This document shows, piece by piece, positions 8,592-21,784 of a stretch of 64,000 nucleotides of DNA. Within the stretch, counting starts at the first letter, position 1. The number at the start of each line of letters is the position of its first letter. This stretch comes from Escherichia coli. Its GTDB lineage: Bacteria; Pseudomonadota; Gammaproteobacteria; Enterobacterales; Enterobacteriaceae. The notes beneath the pieces are model-generated. The model was not told where the DNA came from and searched no databases. It saw only the letters and a list, made by a program, of their open reading frames with translations. Location of the stretch: NCBI RefSeq assembly GCF_965641715.1, contig NZ_OZ282453.1; one strand, 5' to 3'. The position numbers and the translations under genes were made by a program.

Positions 8592-8888
8592 TTAGCTCCA
8601 GTGTAAATGTCTGGTGGCGTCCTGGTTTTGGTTAAGGATACGAATGACGATAATTTCCCCTGGTGATTGCAGGAAATAAATTACGTGGCGTTCAAAAGGA
8701 AGAACAAAAATACCTTCGCCTAATTCAGGTCTGGGCGTACCTATATTATTGTTACTCAGAATCTGGAGAACGTCTGAAAGATGTTCCACATATCTGTCGG
8801 CTTGTGGTTCGCCGAAATGGTGATAACTGTAATACCAGATGCCTTCTAAATCTTCATTGGCTTTTGGCATGAGTTTAATAATACGCAC
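8592..8888 (-). CDS. ParE/RelE-superfamily type II toxin (ParE-like)
   Basis: 98-aa ORF with ParE-like features (...IVIRILNQNQD...); immediately downstream of, and 1 nt from, a ParD-like antitoxin gene. Start codon uncertain (GTG at 8888 or internal ATG, Met7). Confidence 0.7.
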   Translation of the reverse strand: MRIIKLMPKANEDLEGIWYYSYHHFGEPQADRYVEHLSDVLQILSNNNIGTPRPELGEGIFVLPFERHVIYFLQSPGEIIVIRILNQNQDATRHLHWS

Positions 8889-8889
8889 A

Positions 8890-9141
8890 TTATTTCCTTA
8901 TCCCTGCTTTCACCTTCCGTAAAAACGCGTCCTTTTCCCACGGCTGAGCTTCACCACTACTCAACCCTTCTGCAAGCATGTCACGTAACGCTTGCAGGCG
9001 AGACTCTGCTTGCTTTTCTCGAAGTAAGCGCAGTGACTCACGGATCACTTCGCTTTGGGTGCGATAGTCGCCGGATTCAATTAAGGACTCGATAAATTCA
9101 CGCAACTCATCGCCGAGATCAACCGTCATCGTTCTGGCCAT
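8890..9141 (-). CDS. ParD-like antitoxin (ribbon-helix-helix, CopG family)
   Basis: 83-aa ORF MARTMTVDLGDELREFIESLIESGDYRTQSEVIRESLRLLRE..., typical ParD N-terminal RHH; upstream partner of the ParE-like gene. Confidence 0.75.
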   Translation of the reverse strand: MARTMTVDLGDELREFIESLIESGDYRTQSEVIRESLRLLREKQAESRLQALRDMLAEGLSSGEAQPWEKDAFLRKVKAGIRK

Positions 9142-9384
9142 GTTTATGCTCTCCTGTAAGTAAAAATCTTACATCAGTGTATGTCATAAACCGGATAGCG
9201 TCACGAAAAGTATTAGAAGATATTTTGGCAGATGAACATGTTCAGGAGGATAAGCATGGAGATGTTAAACAAAGAAAGCACAATGAGTATTCATCAGTGT
9301 CCACTATTTTAATGGCGCAGGTAAATAAATAAGCGTTATTTGGAAATAAAGCCGGACGCCAACAATCCACGCCCGGCATCGTAA

Positions 9385-9717
9385 TTACGTATTGTCTTTC
9401 ACCGTCTGGCTTGTGCCATTGGCTTTAACGGAGGCAATTCCGGTTTCACGAGATTGCGCGGTGGCATACATCTGGCTGGAGCCGATAATTTGATGATTGG
9501 CGGCTTTCAGATTGAAATAGAATTTGCCGTTGCTTGCCGTTTTTTTCTCATAGCGTTCTTCTTGCGGGCTGTTGCTACGCACCGACGCGATGCCCTTTTC
9601 CGCAGAGGCTTTTGAAGTATACAGCTCGCTGGTGAGGATAGTCTCACCATTGCCCGCTTTTAGCACAAACCGGAACTGATTATCACTGCTCTTAGTGAGT
9701 TCAAACCAACCAGCCAT
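9385..9717 (-). CDS. yegP: UPF0339 family protein YegP (tandem DUF1508 repeats)
   Basis: 110-aa product MAGWFELTKSSDNQFRFVLKAGNGE... with internal duplication (...KKTASNGKFYFNLKAANHQ...); ATG inside track ORF 9385-9756. Confidence 0.85.
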   Translation of the reverse strand: MAGWFELTKSSDNQFRFVLKAGNGETILTSELYTSKASAEKGIASVRSNSPQEERYEKKTASNGKFYFNLKAANHQIIGSSQMYATAQSRETGIASVKANGTSQTVKDNT

Positions 9718-9907
9718 AATGACTCCTTGATTGAAATTGCGTATCGAAAACAGCATCTAAAGGTGCTGTTTACCGATTAAAGTATGAGCGATTTTCTGGT
9801 GCCTGCTAGGGCGGAGAGATAATGTCAGTTTGCTGACCATGCGTGGGATAATGTTGCCGGATCGGGTCTGAACGCCATCTCCGGCTAACAAAGTCATGTC
9901 GCTAAAA

Positions 9908-10630
9908 CTAAACGATGCGGCAGGCGTCGGCTTCCCAGCGGTAACCAACGCCGTAAACGGCGCGGATAAATGACTGTTCGGCGTCGAGAGATTCCAGCTT
10001 GCGGCGCAGGTTTTTAATGTGGCTGTCGATGGTGCGGTCGGTTACTACGCGGTAGTCGTCATAAAGATGATTGAGCAATTGCTCGCGGGAGAACACTTTT
10101 CCTGGTTCATGAGAGAGCGTTTTCAGCAGACGAAATTCCGCAGGCGTCAGGTCAAGCATTTTACCGCGCCATGAAGCCTGAAAACGACCTTCGTCGATAA
10201 TCAACGGGCTTTCAGCATCCTGTTGCTGCAACTCACGCTGCGGTTTGCAACGGCGCAAAATGGTTTTGACACGCGCTACCACTTCCCGTGGGCTGTACGG
10301 CTTGCAGATGTAGTCATCTGCGCCAATCTCCAGCCCCAGCAGGCGGTCGATCTCTTCGATTTTTGCTGTCACCATCACGATAGGAATGTCAGAAAAACGA
10401 CGAATTTCCCGGCACAGCGTCAAGCCATCGGTGCCAGGGAGCATCAGATCCAACAGGATCAGATCCGGTGGTGTCTGGCGCACATACGGCAGTACCTGAT
10501 CGCCGTGGCTGATAAGCGTCGGCGCATAGCTCGCAGCACGCAGATAATCAATGAGCAACTGCCCCAGCTTCGGTTCATCTTCCACGATCAAAATACGCGG
10601 TGTGTTTTCGTCGATTGGTAACTCGGTCAT
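9908..10630 (-). CDS. baeR: Two-component response regulator BaeR (OmpR family)
   Basis: 240-aa ORF with receiver domain ([18 protein letters not shown]...D...LMLPGTDG) and winged-helix C-terminus; overlaps baeS stop. Confidence 0.95.
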
Positions 10631-12030
10631 ACTTCTCTCTGTAAATCCCGTTCCAGCGGTAACTCTACTGTAATGCTTACCCCGCCAAAAGGCGAATGGG
10701 CAGCAATAATGCGGCCATTATGTGCTTCAACAATGTTCAGGCAAATCGCCAACCCCAGCCCGGAACCGCCGCTGGCACGGTTGCGGGAACCTTCGGTGCG
10801 ATAAAAACGTTCAAACAATTTTTGTAGCTGATCGTCACTGACACCTGGCGCACTGTCGGCAAAGGTCAGGCGCACCGTTTTGTCGTGCTGCTCGGCAGAG
10901 ATTTTCAGGCTGCCGCCGCTGTCAGTGTAGCGCAGGCTGTTTTCCAGTAAATTATTGAACAACTGCATTAAACGGTCGCGATCGCCAAATACGGTAATAC
11001 TGTCTGGCAGGGAAAATTGCAGTTTCAGGCCACGGCTGGCGAATCGTTCGCGAAATGCGCCGCCCGCCACTTCCAGCAGTGGGATCAAATCTACCGGTGC
11101 TTTTTGATAGGCGAGAGCGCCTTCATCAGACATCGACAACTGATGAAGATCGTCAACCAGTTTGGTCAGTGTACCGACCTCCGCCTGTAAAGACGCCACC
11201 GTCTCCGGCGTGAATTTGCGCACGCCATCCTGAATGGCTTCCAGTTCACCGCGCAGCACCGCTAATGGCGTACGCAGTTCGTGAGAAATATCGGCCATAA
11301 AATCGCGCCGCATTTGCTGGTTTTTCTCCAGCGTGCTGGCGAGCTGGTTGAAGTCTTGCGCCAGTTTGCCCAGTTCATCTTCACTGGTGGGCGTTACGCG
11401 GGTAGTGAAATCGCCCGCCGCCAGTTTGTGCGTGCCGTCCACCAGCCGTTTGACCGGGGCCAAAAGACCACGCGCCAGCAGAAAGGTGGCGAGCGCCGCG
11501 AGTAACGTTGCCAGGGCGACAATCAGCCAGCTGGTTTGCCGCTGTTGTTTATCGAAATTGATATCAGTATTGCGCGTTAACCGCTCAACGGGGGAGGCGA
11601 TCACCGCGCCAACTTCCGCACCGTTGACCAGAATGGGTCGCCGTGTACCGTCAGGTGGAATCGGCGCTCGCGGACCAACCAGCACTTTGTTGTTTTGATC
11701 AACCACCCAGAACTGGGTACGCCAGCCGTGCGGTGGCATACCCGGGCCGGGTTTATCTTCCGAATTATCGTGTTCAAATGAACGCAGGATCTGAAAGACA
11801 AAGCGATCATTGTTGCGCAGGAAGCGCCAGTTACCATGCTGCGCATACTGCTCGCCAAGCGCATCACTTAACAGTTGTAATCGCTGTTCATTACCATGCT
11901 TGATGTAATCAATAAAGCCACGCTCAAAACTGATACGCACCGCCCAGTGCATACTGATCAGCAAGACAATGCAGGTGGCGAAAATCGCCAGAAACAGTTT
12001 GCCGGTAATACCGGGTCGCCAGAACTTCAT
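10627..12030 (-). CDS. baeS: Envelope-stress sensor histidine kinase BaeS
   Basis: 467-aa ORF with two TM segments, HAMP, H-box ([11 protein letters not shown]) and ATPase domain; in mdtABCD-baeSR operon. Confidence 0.95.
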
Positions 12031-13442
12031 TGCGCGCTCCTTTTTCGCCGCGAAATAGCTACATTTTGATGCGTATCGTTCGGCACTCTGGCAAAGATGA
12101 ACGCCGGAAGGGCGATGATAAACGCCATGCTAAGCCAGGTGTACATAAAGACGGTTTGTGTGGTGCCGCTGTCGACGCTGACATGCTGCGAACCAAAAAG
12201 TCCCAGCAACAGCCCGGCGATGGTGACGCCGATACTCATCGACAATTGCATAATCATCGACAGCAGACTGTTGCCGCTGCTCGCCAGATTGTCCGGGAGA
12301 TCTTTCAGCGTCAGGGTGTTCATGGAGGAGAAACGGGTCGAGTTGACCATCCCTTGTAAAAACAGGACGAACGGCAAAACGTAGTACCAGCCCAACAGAG
12401 CGGTAGTCATAAACAACAGGGTGACCAGCGACAGACCCAGCGTGGTCGCTACCAGTACCCGACGATAACCAAAGCGATTCACCACCTGTACAACAATCCG
12501 CTTCATCCCCATGCTGCCAAGCACCATCGGGATCATCATCAGTCCGGCATGAAACGGTGAGAAGCCAAGGCCAATTTGCAGGAAAACCGGCGTCATAAAG
12601 GGCAACATGCCGCTACCGATACGTCCGGCAAAGCTCCCCGCCAGGCCCAGCGAAAAGGTACGAGTGCGGAACAGTTTCAGACTGAAAAGAGCGCGGTTGT
12701 TATTTCTGGCGTGCAGCAGATAAAGCACCAGTGCCACCACACCAACTGCGACCAGGCCAGTAATCGCCAGCGGCGATAAACCTGTACCTTTACTGCCGTC
12801 CAGCGCCAGGGTTAATACCGCCATGCCAACCGCCAGCAATAAAAAGCCGGAAAGATCAAAGCGCCGCGTCTGCATGGTGTAGTTCGGCATTAACATCAAT
12901 GTGGCGATCGCACCGATAATCCCCACCGGAATGTTGATCAAAAAGATCCAGTGCCACGACGCGTACTCCACCAGCAGACCGCCGAGCGCCGGACCGAGCA
13001 GCGGACCGACCTGACCGGGTAACGTGACAAAGGTCATCGCCGCCATATATTGCTCGCGCGGTACGATTTTCATCACCGTCAATCTGCCGACCGGCACCAT
13101 CATCGCGCCGCCAACGCCCTGTAACGCGCGTGCCAGCAACAGTTCGTTCAGCGTGCCGGAAAGCGCGCAAAACAATGAACCGAGAGTAAACAGCACGATG
13201 GCGGTAAAGAAAATATTGCGCACGCCGACTTTGTCCGCCAGCCAGCCGCTGGCGGGCAGCATCACCGCCACGGTCAGTACATAAGAGACAATGACCATGT
13301 GCATATGCAACGGACTTTCCCCGAGGCTTTGCGCCATTGAGGGAAGGGCGGTGTTTACGATGGTGGTGTCCAGCGACTGCATAAAGAAGCCGAAAGCCAC
13401 AATCCACAATTGCCAGCGGGTGCTGTCGGGAAGATCTGTCAT
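12027..13442 (-). CDS. mdtD: MFS transporter MdtD
   Basis: 471-aa polytopic membrane ORF between mdtC and baeS. Confidence 0.95.
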   Translation of the reverse strand: MTDLPDSTRWQLWIVAFGFFMQSLDTTIVNTALPSMAQSLGESPLHMHMVIVSYVLTVAVMLPASGWLADKVGVRNIFFTAIVLFTLGSLFCALSGTLNELLLARALQGVGGAMMVPVGRLTVMKIVPREQYMAAMTFVTLPGQVGPLLGPALGGLLVEYASWHWIFLINIPVGIIGAIATLMLMPNYTMQTRRFDLSGFLLLAVGMAVLTLALDGSKGTGLSPLAITGLVAVGVVALVLYLLHARNNNRALFSLKLFRTRTFSLGLAGSFAGRIGSGMLPFMTPVFLQIGLGFSPFHAGLMMIPMVLGSMGMKRIVVQVVNRFGYRRVLVATTLGLSLVTLLFMTTALLGWYYVLPFVLFLQGMVNSTRFSSMNTLTLKDLPDNLASSGNSLLSMIMQLSMSIGVTIAGLLLGLFGSQHVSVDSGTTQTVFMYTWLSMAFIIALPAFIFARVPNDTHQNVAISRRKRSAQ

Positions 13443-16400
13443 TTACTCGGTTACCGTTTGTTTAGGTTTACGCGAAAAACGCAGCCGCAGACGGTCGAAA
13501 AAGAGATATACCACCGGCGTGGTATACAGCGTCAGGAGCTGACTCATCACCAGACCGCCGACAATGGTGATCCCCAAGGGTTGCCGCAGCTCCGAGCCGT
13601 CACCGCCCGACAACACCAGCGGCAGCGCGCCAAACAGCGCCGCCAGGGTAGTCATCATAATCGGGCGAAAACGCAGCAGACAGGCCTGGAAAATAGCTTC
13701 CTGCGGCGTCAGGTTACCGTGCCGTTGGGCTTCAAGCGCAAAATCGACCATCATAATGGCGTTTTTCTTCACAATGCCGATTAATAGCATGATCCCTATC
13801 ATGGCGATTAGGCTGAACGGGGCATTGAACAGCTCCAGCGCCAGCAGCGCTCCAACGCCCGCCGAGGGCAGGGTGGAGAGAATCGTCAGCGGATGTACGT
13901 AACTCTCGTAAAGGATACCCAGCACGATATACACCGTGGCGATGGCGGCGATAATCAGGATCACCTGTGAGTTCATCGTCTCCTGGAACACCTGCGCCGT
14001 GCCGGCAAAACTGCCGCGCACCGTCGAAGGCACACCAAGCTGGGTCATTGCGCGGTCGATTGCCGCACTGGCGTCCGAGAGCGATTTTCCGGTCGGCAGG
14101 TTGAACGAGATGGTCGAGGCTGCCGATAATCCCTGATGATTCACCGATAGTGGGGCATTCGCCGGTTGCCATTTAGCGAAATACGACAGCGGGATCGCTT
14201 TTCCTTCGTTATTGATTACGAACATTTTTTCCAGCGCACTGATGTCCTGGGTATAGCGCGGATCCACTTCCATCACCACTTTGTACTGGTTCATCGGCTG
14301 GTAAATGGTCGAGATTTGCCGCTGACCGAAGGCGTTATTTAACAGGCTGTTGGCGGCCTGTACGTCGATTCCCAGCCGTGCCATGGTGTCGCGATCGTAA
14401 ACCAGATTCATCTCCGCGCCGTTATCCTGCTGATCGGAGTTCACGTCCGCCAGTTCCGGTAACGTTGCCAGTTTTTTGCGGATTTTCGGCTCCCATTCGC
14501 GCAGTGCCGCCAGGTCGTCGGATAACAACGTGTACTGGTAACTGGCGTTCGACTGACGTCCGCCAACGCGAATATCCTGTACCGCCATCAGGAACAGATT
14601 CGCCCCCGGTTCTTTCGCCAGTTTCACCCGCAGACGGTCGATAATTTGCTGCGCCGTTTCGCTGCGTTCGCCGCGTGGCTTGAGGGTGATAAACATCATC
14701 CCGCTGTTCACCCGCGAACCGCCGGTAAAGCCGGTGACATTATCCACTGCCGGATCGTCACGGATAATTTTCATGAAATCCTGCAATTTTCCGCGCATCG
14801 CCTGAAACGAAATACTCTGATCCGCCTGTATCCCGCCCATCAACACGCCGGTGTCCTGCTCCGGGAAGAAGGTTTTCGGGATCGAGATATAGAGCCAGAT
14901 ATTCAAAGCAATGGTGCCAAGCAGCACCACGCCCACCAGACGGGTATGATTGAGCACCCATTTCAGTGACTTACCATAGCCTTGTTGCAGGGCTACCAAC
15001 ATGCGACCAAAACCACGCAGTCGCTTTTGCTCGCGCGGCTTGCTGGCTTTCAGCATCCAGCCACACATCATTGGCGTTAATGTCAGAGAAACCAGCAACG
15101 AAATACCAATGGCGACAGAAAGCGTCACGGCAAACTCGCGTAACAGTCGGCCCGGCAATCCGCCCATCAACAGCAGCGGCAGGAACACCGCCACCAGTGA
15201 CAGACTCATCGACAGCACCGTAAAGCCGACTTCGCGAGTACCTTGTAGCGCGGCCTGTAGTGGTTTCATCCCCGCTTCCAGATGACGGGCAATGTTTTCC
15301 AGCACCACGATGGCGTCATCCACCACGAAACCAGTAGCGATGGTGAGCGCCATTAACGACAGGTTATTGAGACTGAATCCGCACAGGTACATCGCCGCAA
15401 ACGTACCAATCAGCGAAACCGGCACCGCAACGGCGGGAATAATAGTGGCGCGACCCGAGCGCAGGAATAAAAAGACCACCAGAATCACCAGCGCCACCGA
15501 GATAATCAGCGTTTGCTCGACTTCTTCCAGCGAGGCGCGAATGGTGGGGGAGCGATCCTGAGCAATTTGCAGATCAATCGCCGCCGGAATGGTCTCCTGC
15601 AACTCCGGTAATTTTGCCCGGATGCTGTCTACCGTCTGGATAATATTGGCTTCCGGCAGTTTGCGGATCATCAGCAAAATAGCCGGTTTGGCGTTGGTCA
15701 TCCCGGCGTTGCGCACATCCTGCACTGAGTCGGTTACCGTTGCCACATCGCCCAGACGAACCGCACCACCATTGTTGTAGTGAATAATCAGCGGCTGATA
15801 TTCAGCGGCGGTTTTCAGTTCATCGTTGGTCTGGATCTGCCAGCGGTGAGTGCCATCTTCCAGCGCCCCCTGCGGTTTACGCACGTTGGCATTGCTGATG
15901 GCAGTGCGTACGTCGTCCAGCGACACGCCCTGATTAAACAGCGCCTGCGGGTTCAGCCCGACGCGCACGGCGGGCAGCGAGCTGCCGCCGACATCGACAT
16001 CACCGACGCCGTCGATTTGCGAAATCGTCGGAGCCAGCTGCGTCGAGGCGAAATCGTACAATTCACCCTGCGAATAAGTATCGGAGGTTAGCGTCAGGAT
16101 CATAATTGGCGCATCCGACGGGTTCGCTTTGCGATAAGTCGGGCGGCTGGGCATCCCACTGGGCAGCAGACTTTGTGCGGCGTTGATCGCCGCCTGCACA
16201 TCACGCGCCGCACCGTTGATATCCCGGTCAAAATCAAACTGCAAAATAATACGCGTGCTGCCGAGCGAACTGCTGGAGGTCATTTCACTGACCCCGGCAA
16301 TGCGCCCAAGTGAACGCTCCAGCGGCGTGGCAACGGAAGACGCCATTGTCTCCGGCGACGCACCGGGCAGCGAGGCGCTGACCATAATCACCGGAAAATC

Positions 16401-16520
16401 GACCTGCGGCAGCGGGGCGACCGGCAGCATACGGAAACCCAGTATGCCGCACAGGGTAATGGCGACCGACAGTAAAATCGTCGCCACCGGGCGGTAAATG
16501 AAGAGGGCAAAAAACTTCAC
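13443..16520 (-). CDS. mdtC: RND multidrug efflux pump subunit MdtC
   Basis: 1025-aa RND transporter, paralogous to upstream MdtB. Confidence 0.95.
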   Translation of the reverse strand: MKFFALFIYRPVATILLSVAITLCGILGFRMLPVAPLPQVDFPVIMVSASLPGASPETMASSVATPLERSLGRIAGVSEMTSSSSLGSTRIILQFDFDRDINGAARDVQAAINAAQSLLPSGMPSRPTYRKANPSDAPIMILTLTSDTYSQGELYDFASTQLAPTISQIDGVGDVDVGGSSLPAVRVGLNPQALFNQGVSLDDVRTAISNANVRKPQGALEDGTHRWQIQTNDELKTAAEYQPLIIHYNNGGAVRLGDVATVTDSVQDVRNAGMTNAKPAILLMIRKLPEANIIQTVDSIRAKLPELQETIPAAIDLQIAQDRSPTIRASLEEVEQTLIISVALVILVVFLFLRSGRATIIPAVAVPVSLIGTFAAMYLCGFSLNNLSLMALTIATGFVVDDAIVVLENIARHLEAGMKPLQAALQGTREVGFTVLSMSLSLVAVFLPLLLMGGLPGRLLREFAVTLSVAIGISLLVSLTLTPMMCGWMLKASKPREQKRLRGFGRMLVALQQGYGKSLKWVLNHTRLVGVVLLGTIALNIWLYISIPKTFFPEQDTGVLMGGIQADQSISFQAMRGKLQDFMKIIRDDPAVDNVTGFTGGSRVNSGMMFITLKPRGERSETAQQIIDRLRVKLAKEPGANLFLMAVQDIRVGGRQSNASYQYTLLSDDLAALREWEPKIRKKLATLPELADVNSDQQDNGAEMNLVYDRDTMARLGIDVQAANSLLNNAFGQRQISTIYQPMNQYKVVMEVDPRYTQDISALEKMFVINNEGKAIPLSYFAKWQPANAPLSVNHQGLSAASTISFNLPTGKSLSDASAAIDRAMTQLGVPSTVRGSFAGTAQVFQETMNSQVILIIAAIATVYIVLGILYESYVHPLTILSTLPSAGVGALLALELFNAPFSLIAMIGIMLLIGIVKKNAIMMVDFALEAQRHGNLTPQEAIFQACLLRFRPIMMTTLAALFGALPLVLSGGDGSELRQPLGITIVGGLVMSQLLTLYTTPVVYLFFDRLRLRFSRKPKQTVTE

Positions 16521-19500
16521 TTACGCCTCCTCTTCATGGCGAGCAAAGCGACTTTTGGTCCACAATGCCAGGCGGTCGAATAGCAGATAAATCACCGGCG
16601 TGGTAAACAGAGTCAGCACCTGGCTGACAACCAGACCACCGACCATACCAATGCCTAACGGACGACGCAGTTCTGCGCCGACCCCGGTACTTAACATCAG
16701 CGGTAGCGCGCCGAGCAGTGCCGCCAGAGTGGTCATCAGGATCGGACGAAAACGCAGCAGACAAGCCTGATAGATGGCATCGCGCGGCGACATGCCTTGC
16801 TCGCGTTCGGCAGCCAGCGCGAAGTCGATCATCATGATGGCGTTCTTCTTCACAATACCGATCAACAAAATAATGCCGATAATCGCGATCACATCCAGTT
16901 CGCTACCGGCAATCAGTAACGCCAGTAGTGCGCCGACCCCTGCCGTGGGCAACGTCGAGAGAATGGTGATCGGATGAATAAAGCTTTCGTACAGAATACC
17001 CAGCACGATATACATCGCCACTACTGCCGCGACAATCAGCCAGACAGTACTGCCCAGCGCCGACTGGAAGGCGAGGGTGCTGCCCTGGAATTGTGTGGTG
17101 ATATCCACTGGCAGATTCAGCGTTTTTTCGGTATCCATAATCGCCTGCACCGCATCGCCCAGCGAATAGTTATCCGGCACGTTAAAGGAGATGGTCGTTA
17201 CCGGGAACTGATCCAGATGGTTGATGGAAAGCGGCGCAAAACGCTGCTCAACTTTGGCAATTGAGCTTAACGGCACCACGCCGCCATCGCTGCTGGTAAG
17301 GCGAATGGTATCCAGCGCCGCAAGCCCTGGGGTATTTTCGGTGTTGTGCTCCAGCACCACGCGATACTGGTTGGCCTGAGTATAAATGGTGGAAATCAGC
17401 CGCTGACCAAACGCGTTGTACAGGGCGTTATCGACGTCCGCCATGCTGATCCCCAGACGGCTGGCGCTGTCGCGATCAACATTGACATACGCCACCAGCC
17501 CTTTGTCCTGCCAGTCGCTGGAGACATCAGATAGCTGTGGCAGCTGCTGGAGTTTTTCCATCAACTGTGGCACCCAGGTACTGAGCGCATCCAGTGACGT
17601 GGCCTGCAAGGTAAACTGGTACTGGGTGCGGCTGACCTGAGTATCGATGGTCAGGTCCTGCGTTGGTTGCAGGAAGAGATCGACGCCCGGCACTTTATCC
17701 ACCGCCGTTTGCAGACGGGCGATGACTTTTTGCACCCGATCATCACGTTCATCCAGCGGTTTGAGGTTGATCTGTAAACGCGCACTGTTCAGCGACGGGT
17801 TAGTGCCATCAACGCCAACAAATGAGGTCAGACTTTGCACTGCCGGATCCTGCAAAATCACGTCCGCGACCTGGCGTTGCCGCTGGGCCATATTGGTAAA
17901 GGAGCTGGATTGCGGTGCCTGCAAAGTGCCCTGAATAATGCCGTTGTCCTGTACCGGGAAGAAACCTTTCGGAATGAACACCCACAATAGAACGCTAAGC
18001 AGCAGCGTGCTGAGCGCCACGCTTAAGGTCAGCCACGGATGATTCAGCACTTTCGCCAGTCCACGTCCATAGGCGGCGATTATCCTGTCGAACATTTTCT
18101 CCGAGGCACGGGAGAAGCGGTTCTGTTTACGCAGCGACTCCTGGCTGAGCATCCGCGCGCACATCATCGGTGTCAGGGTCAGCGACACCACCGCTGAGAT
18201 CAAAATCGCTACCGCCAGGGTAATAGCAAATTCGCGGAACAGTCGCCCGACGATATCGCCCATAAACAGCAGTGGGATCAACACCGCAATCAGTGAGAAG
18301 GTCAGCGAGATAATGGTAAAGCCGATTTCACCTGCGCCCTTGAGCGCCGCCGCCAACGGTTTTTCGCCTTTTTCGATATAGCGGGAAATATTTTCGATCA
18401 CCACGATGGCGTCATCGACCACGAACCCGGTGGCGATAGTTAACGCCATCAGCGTCAGGTTATTGATTGAAAAATCGAGAAACACCATAACCGCAAAAGT
18501 GCCGATTAACGACAGCGGCACGGCAACACCGGGAATGATGGTCGCCGGAATATTGCGCAAAAACAGGTAGATAATCATGACTACCAGCGCGATAGCCATC
18601 ATCAGCTCAAACTGGGTATCGTCGACGGATGCGCGGATATTGGTGGTACGGTCAGAAAGTACCGTCACCTTCACCGATTTCGGCAGACTCTCGGTGAGCT
18701 GCGGCAGCATCTGCCGGATGCTGTCGGCGGTGGAGATAATGTTAGCACCGGGCTGGCGCTGAACATTCATCACAATGGCCTGTTCTTTATTCGCCCATGC
18801 GCCGAGCCAGCTGTTTTCTGCACCTTGCTCTACGGTTGCGACATCGCCCAGACGAATCGGCGCGCCGTTCTGGTAGGCGATAATCAACTGGCGATATTCT
18901 TCCGCAGATTGCATTTGGTCATTCGCGGAAAGCGTAACCGCGCGGGAAGGGCCGTCGAGGCTACCTTTTGCAGAGTTAACGTTAGCGCCGGTAATGGCGG
19001 TGCGCACGGTTTCGCTGGTCAGGCCGAGGGCGGCAATCGCCTGAGCGTTAAGTTTGACGCGAACAGCCGGACGCTGCCCGCCGGAAAGCGTCACCAGGCC
19101 GACGCCGGAAATCTGCGAGATTTTCTGCGCGACGCGGGTTTCCACCATATCTTCCACTTGCGTCATCGGCATGGCTGTTGAGGTGACGGCGAGCGTCATG
19201 ATCGGCGGATCTGCCGGGTTCACTTTGCTGTAAACCGGCGGGTTAGGCAGATCGCTCGGCAACAAGTTGGTCGCAGCGTTAATCGCGGCCTGCACTTCCT
19301 GCTCGGCGACATCGAGCGGTAATGTTAGCTGGAACTGCAAAGTGATAACTGACGCACCGCCGGAACTTTGCGACGACATCTGTTTCAGGCCAGACATCTG
19401 CCCGAACTGGCGTTCGAGCGGCGCGGTAACGGCAGAGGTTATGACATCCGGGCTCGCACCTGGGTAGAGCGTGACCACCTGAATGGTCGGATAGTCCACT

Positions 19501-19643
19501 TCCGGCAGCGCCGAAACGGGCAGGGCGCGATAACCGATAATCCCGGCGAGTAAGATCGCCACCATCAACAGCGTGGTGGCGACAGGACGCATAATAAACA
19601 GGCGCGACGGGCCGCCTGTGCTGCTCGGGGGTAACACCTGCAT
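16521..19643 (-). CDS. mdtB: RND multidrug efflux pump subunit MdtB
   Basis: 1040-aa RND transporter. Confidence 0.95.
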   Translation of the reverse strand: MQVLPPSSTGGPSRLFIMRPVATTLLMVAILLAGIIGYRALPVSALPEVDYPTIQVVTLYPGASPDVITSAVTAPLERQFGQMSGLKQMSSQSSGGASVITLQFQLTLPLDVAEQEVQAAINAATNLLPSDLPNPPVYSKVNPADPPIMTLAVTSTAMPMTQVEDMVETRVAQKISQISGVGLVTLSGGQRPAVRVKLNAQAIAALGLTSETVRTAITGANVNSAKGSLDGPSRAVTLSANDQMQSAEEYRQLIIAYQNGAPIRLGDVATVEQGAENSWLGAWANKEQAIVMNVQRQPGANIISTADSIRQMLPQLTESLPKSVKVTVLSDRTTNIRASVDDTQFELMMAIALVVMIIYLFLRNIPATIIPGVAVPLSLIGTFAVMVFLDFSINNLTLMALTIATGFVVDDAIVVIENISRYIEKGEKPLAAALKGAGEIGFTIISLTFSLIAVLIPLLFMGDIVGRLFREFAITLAVAILISAVVSLTLTPMMCARMLSQESLRKQNRFSRASEKMFDRIIAAYGRGLAKVLNHPWLTLSVALSTLLLSVLLWVFIPKGFFPVQDNGIIQGTLQAPQSSSFTNMAQRQRQVADVILQDPAVQSLTSFVGVDGTNPSLNSARLQINLKPLDERDDRVQKVIARLQTAVDKVPGVDLFLQPTQDLTIDTQVSRTQYQFTLQATSLDALSTWVPQLMEKLQQLPQLSDVSSDWQDKGLVAYVNVDRDSASRLGISMADVDNALYNAFGQRLISTIYTQANQYRVVLEHNTENTPGLAALDTIRLTSSDGGVVPLSSIAKVEQRFAPLSINHLDQFPVTTISFNVPDNYSLGDAVQAIMDTEKTLNLPVDITTQFQGSTLAFQSALGSTVWLIVAAVVAMYIVLGILYESFIHPITILSTLPTAGVGALLALLIAGSELDVIAIIGIILLIGIVKKNAIMMIDFALAAEREQGMSPRDAIYQACLLRFRPILMTTLAALLGALPLMLSTGVGAELRRPLGIGMVGGLVVSQVLTLFTTPVIYLLFDRLALWTKSRFARHEEEA

Positions 19644-20890
19644 CAGGAGCGAGCTCCTTTTTTCGCGTATTCGCGGCTGGTGGCTTTCTCTTCCGGAGTG
19701 GTGGCGCTCTGGGCTTCCACCACTTCCACTTTCGCCCCTTCGGTCAGGCGATCAATGCCGTCTGTCACCACGCGATCGCCCGCAGAAATACCTGCGCGGA
19801 TCACCACTTTCTGACTGTCCTGAATGCCCGGCGTCACCAGATGTTTGCTGACCTTGTTTTCGCTATTCAGCACCCAGACAAAATGGCCTTCATTGCCCAT
19901 TTGCAGGGCGGCGGTGGGGATCACTACGGCGTTTTGTTCGGTGTCGACTAACATGCGCGCGTTAACAAACTGATTGGGAAACAGCGCATCATCCTGATTA
20001 TTAAAGCGTGCTTTCACTTTAATCGTACCGGTAGTGGCATCGATTTGGTTATCGAGACTTAACAGCGTGCCTTCACTTAATTTCTTCGAGTTGGTGCGAT
20101 CCCAGGCTTCTACCACCAGCGGTTTTCCGGCTTTTTGCGCCTGCACAACGGTAGCGATATCGCTTTCCGGCAGGGTAAAGAGCAAATCGATAGGATGCGT
20201 CTGGGTGATCACCACAATTCCGGTGGTATCACCACTGGAGATTTGGTTACCAACATCAACCTGCTTGAGACCAACGCGACCATCGACTGGTGCGGTGATG
20301 CGGCTCCAGTCGAGTTGCAGCTGTGCGCTGGCGACGCTTGCTTCATCAGCCTTAATGGTGCCTTCGGTTTCACTGACCAGCGCTTGTTGGGCATCCAGTT
20401 CCTGACGAGATACGAGATTGGTTTTTACCAGTTGTTGATAACGCGCCAGGTCACGGCGGGCGTTGGCAAGCGTGGCTTTATCTTTTGCCAGTTGGCCCTG
20501 GGCTTGTGCTAATGCAACTTTGAACTGGCTGGGGTCAATTTCTGCCAGTAAATCGCCTGCTTTGACCTGCTGGCCTTCCTGGAAATGTAACGCCATCAAC
20601 TGACCATCTACGCGGCTGCGCACCGTAACGGTGTTAGCAGCGGTAATGGTGCCAAGCCCGGTGAGGTAACGCGGAACTGCCTGTTCTACGGCGGTCGCCG
20701 CCTGAACCGGGGCTAATGGGCCGGAACGCATACCACGGCGACCACCCGCTGGCGATTGCTGCGCTTGTTTCGTCGCCCCTGGGGCTGCACTCTGGGAGTC
20801 ATTGCGGCCTTGCCAGAACCAGAATGCGGCGATGGCGGCGATAACCACCACGATTACGATTACCCAACGGGATTTATAACTACCTTTCAT
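19643..20890 (-). CDS. mdtA: Periplasmic adaptor (membrane fusion) protein MdtA
   Basis: 415-aa product starting [26 protein letters not shown]...; ATG at 20890 inside longer track ORF 19643-21037; overlaps mdtB start by 1 nt. Confidence 0.95.
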   Translation of the reverse strand: MKGSYKSRWVIVIVVVIAAIAAFWFWQGRNDSQSAAPGATKQAQQSPAGGRRGMRSGPLAPVQAATAVEQAVPRYLTGLGTITAANTVTVRSRVDGQLMALHFQEGQQVKAGDLLAEIDPSQFKVALAQAQGQLAKDKATLANARRDLARYQQLVKTNLVSRQELDAQQALVSETEGTIKADEASVASAQLQLDWSRITAPVDGRVGLKQVDVGNQISSGDTTGIVVITQTHPIDLLFTLPESDIATVVQAQKAGKPLVVEAWDRTNSKKLSEGTLLSLDNQIDATTGTIKVKARFNNQDDALFPNQFVNARMLVDTEQNAVVIPTAALQMGNEGHFVWVLNSENKVSKHLVTPGIQDSQKVVIRAGISAGDRVVTDGIDRLTEGAKVEVVEAQSATTPEEKATSREYAKKGARS

Positions 20891-20943
20891 CGTTAAGAGT
20901 TTCTCTTCCTGAAACGTTTCGCGGAATGATACTAGTGTAGCCA

Positions 20944-20961
20944 GCCAATAAGGGAGAAAAA
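20944..20961 (-). promoter_or_regulatory. Candidate BaeR box in the mdtA promoter
   Basis: Minus-strand TTTTTCTCCCTTATTGGC about 55-70 nt upstream of the mdtA ATG; matches the BaeR consensus TTTTTCTCCATDATTGGC (as I recall it) at about 15/18 positions. Confidence 0.5.
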
Positions 20962-21129
20962 TGGAGGAATTATGAAACACTATCGGGAATCGTCTGAATG
21001 GCGGGCACATTTGCGAGCACGCATCCAGTAATAACACAGGAAACTATTTTATCTACGCGTTAGCGATAGACTGCTTGCATGGCGAAAGGAGGTAAGCCGA
21101 CGATTTCAGCGGGACGCTGAAACGGGAAA

Positions 21130-21270
21130 GCCCCTCCCGAGGAAGGGGCCATAAATAAGGAAAGGGTCATGATGAAGATACTCATCATCGTGGTGCTCTT
21201 AGTGATTAGCTACCCAGCATACTAAGACTACCAGGGCGGGGGAACCCCCGCTCTACCCTCACTCCTGAAA
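21130..21270 (-). ncRNA. Sib-family antisense sRNA (antitoxin), copy 1; boundaries approximate
   Basis: Inferred from the Ibs/Sib architecture: Sib RNAs are about 140 nt and fully complementary to the ibs ORF on the opposite strand; ends not determinable from sequence alone. Confidence 0.4.
21169..21225 (+). CDS. Ibs-family type I toxin peptide, copy 1 (MMKILIIVVLLVISYPAY)
   Basis: 18-codon ORF with ATGATG start and hydrophobic core, hand-translated from the repeat unit; not in ORF track (below size cutoff). Confidence 0.6.
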   Translation: MMKILIIVVLLVISYPAY

Positions 21271-21457
21271 GTATGCCTTCACGTTCAGAATGTCAATCCG
21301 CAGGCTTTGCAGTCTGCGATCCTGCCAGCAAATATTCTTTGCGAGACGTTACGCAATAATCACACTTGAAACTATTTTATCCGCAAGTCAGCGATAGACT
21401 GCATACAGGGCGAAAGGAGGTAAGCCGAAGATTTCAGCGGGACGCTGAAACGGGAAA

Positions 21458-21598
21458 GCCCCTCCCGAGGAAGGGGCCTTAAATAAGGAAAGGGTCATGA
21501 TGAAGTGGATCATCATCGTGGTGCTCTTAGTTATTAGCTTGCCGGCTTACTAAGTCATCAAAGCGGGGGAAACCCCGCTCTACCCTCACTCCTGAAAG
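21458..21598 (-). ncRNA. Sib-family antisense sRNA, copy 2; boundaries approximate
   Basis: As copy 1, by repeat periodicity. Confidence 0.4.
21497..21553 (+). CDS. Ibs-family type I toxin peptide, copy 2 (MMKWIIIVVLLVISLPAY)
   Basis: 18-codon ORF at the equivalent position of repeat unit 2. Confidence 0.6.
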   Translation: MMKWIIIVVLLVISLPAY

Positions 21599-21784
21599 TA
21601 TGCCTTCACGGTCAGATTGTCAATCCGCAGGCTTTGCAGTCTGCGATCCTGCCAGCAAATATTCTTTGCGAGGCGTTACGCAATAATCACACTTGAAACT
21701 ATTTTATCCGCAAGTCAGCGATAGACTGCATACAGGGCGAAAGGAGGTAAGCCGAAGATTTCAGCGGGACGCTGAAACGGGAAA

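Noticed and set aside
9236-9292. About 18-codon plus-strand ORF (MEMLNKESTMSIHQCPLF) with an AGGAGG SD in the parD-yegP spacer
   Set aside because: Very short, no recognisable family, and lies in the likely ParD promoter/operator region; cannot be supported from sequence alone.
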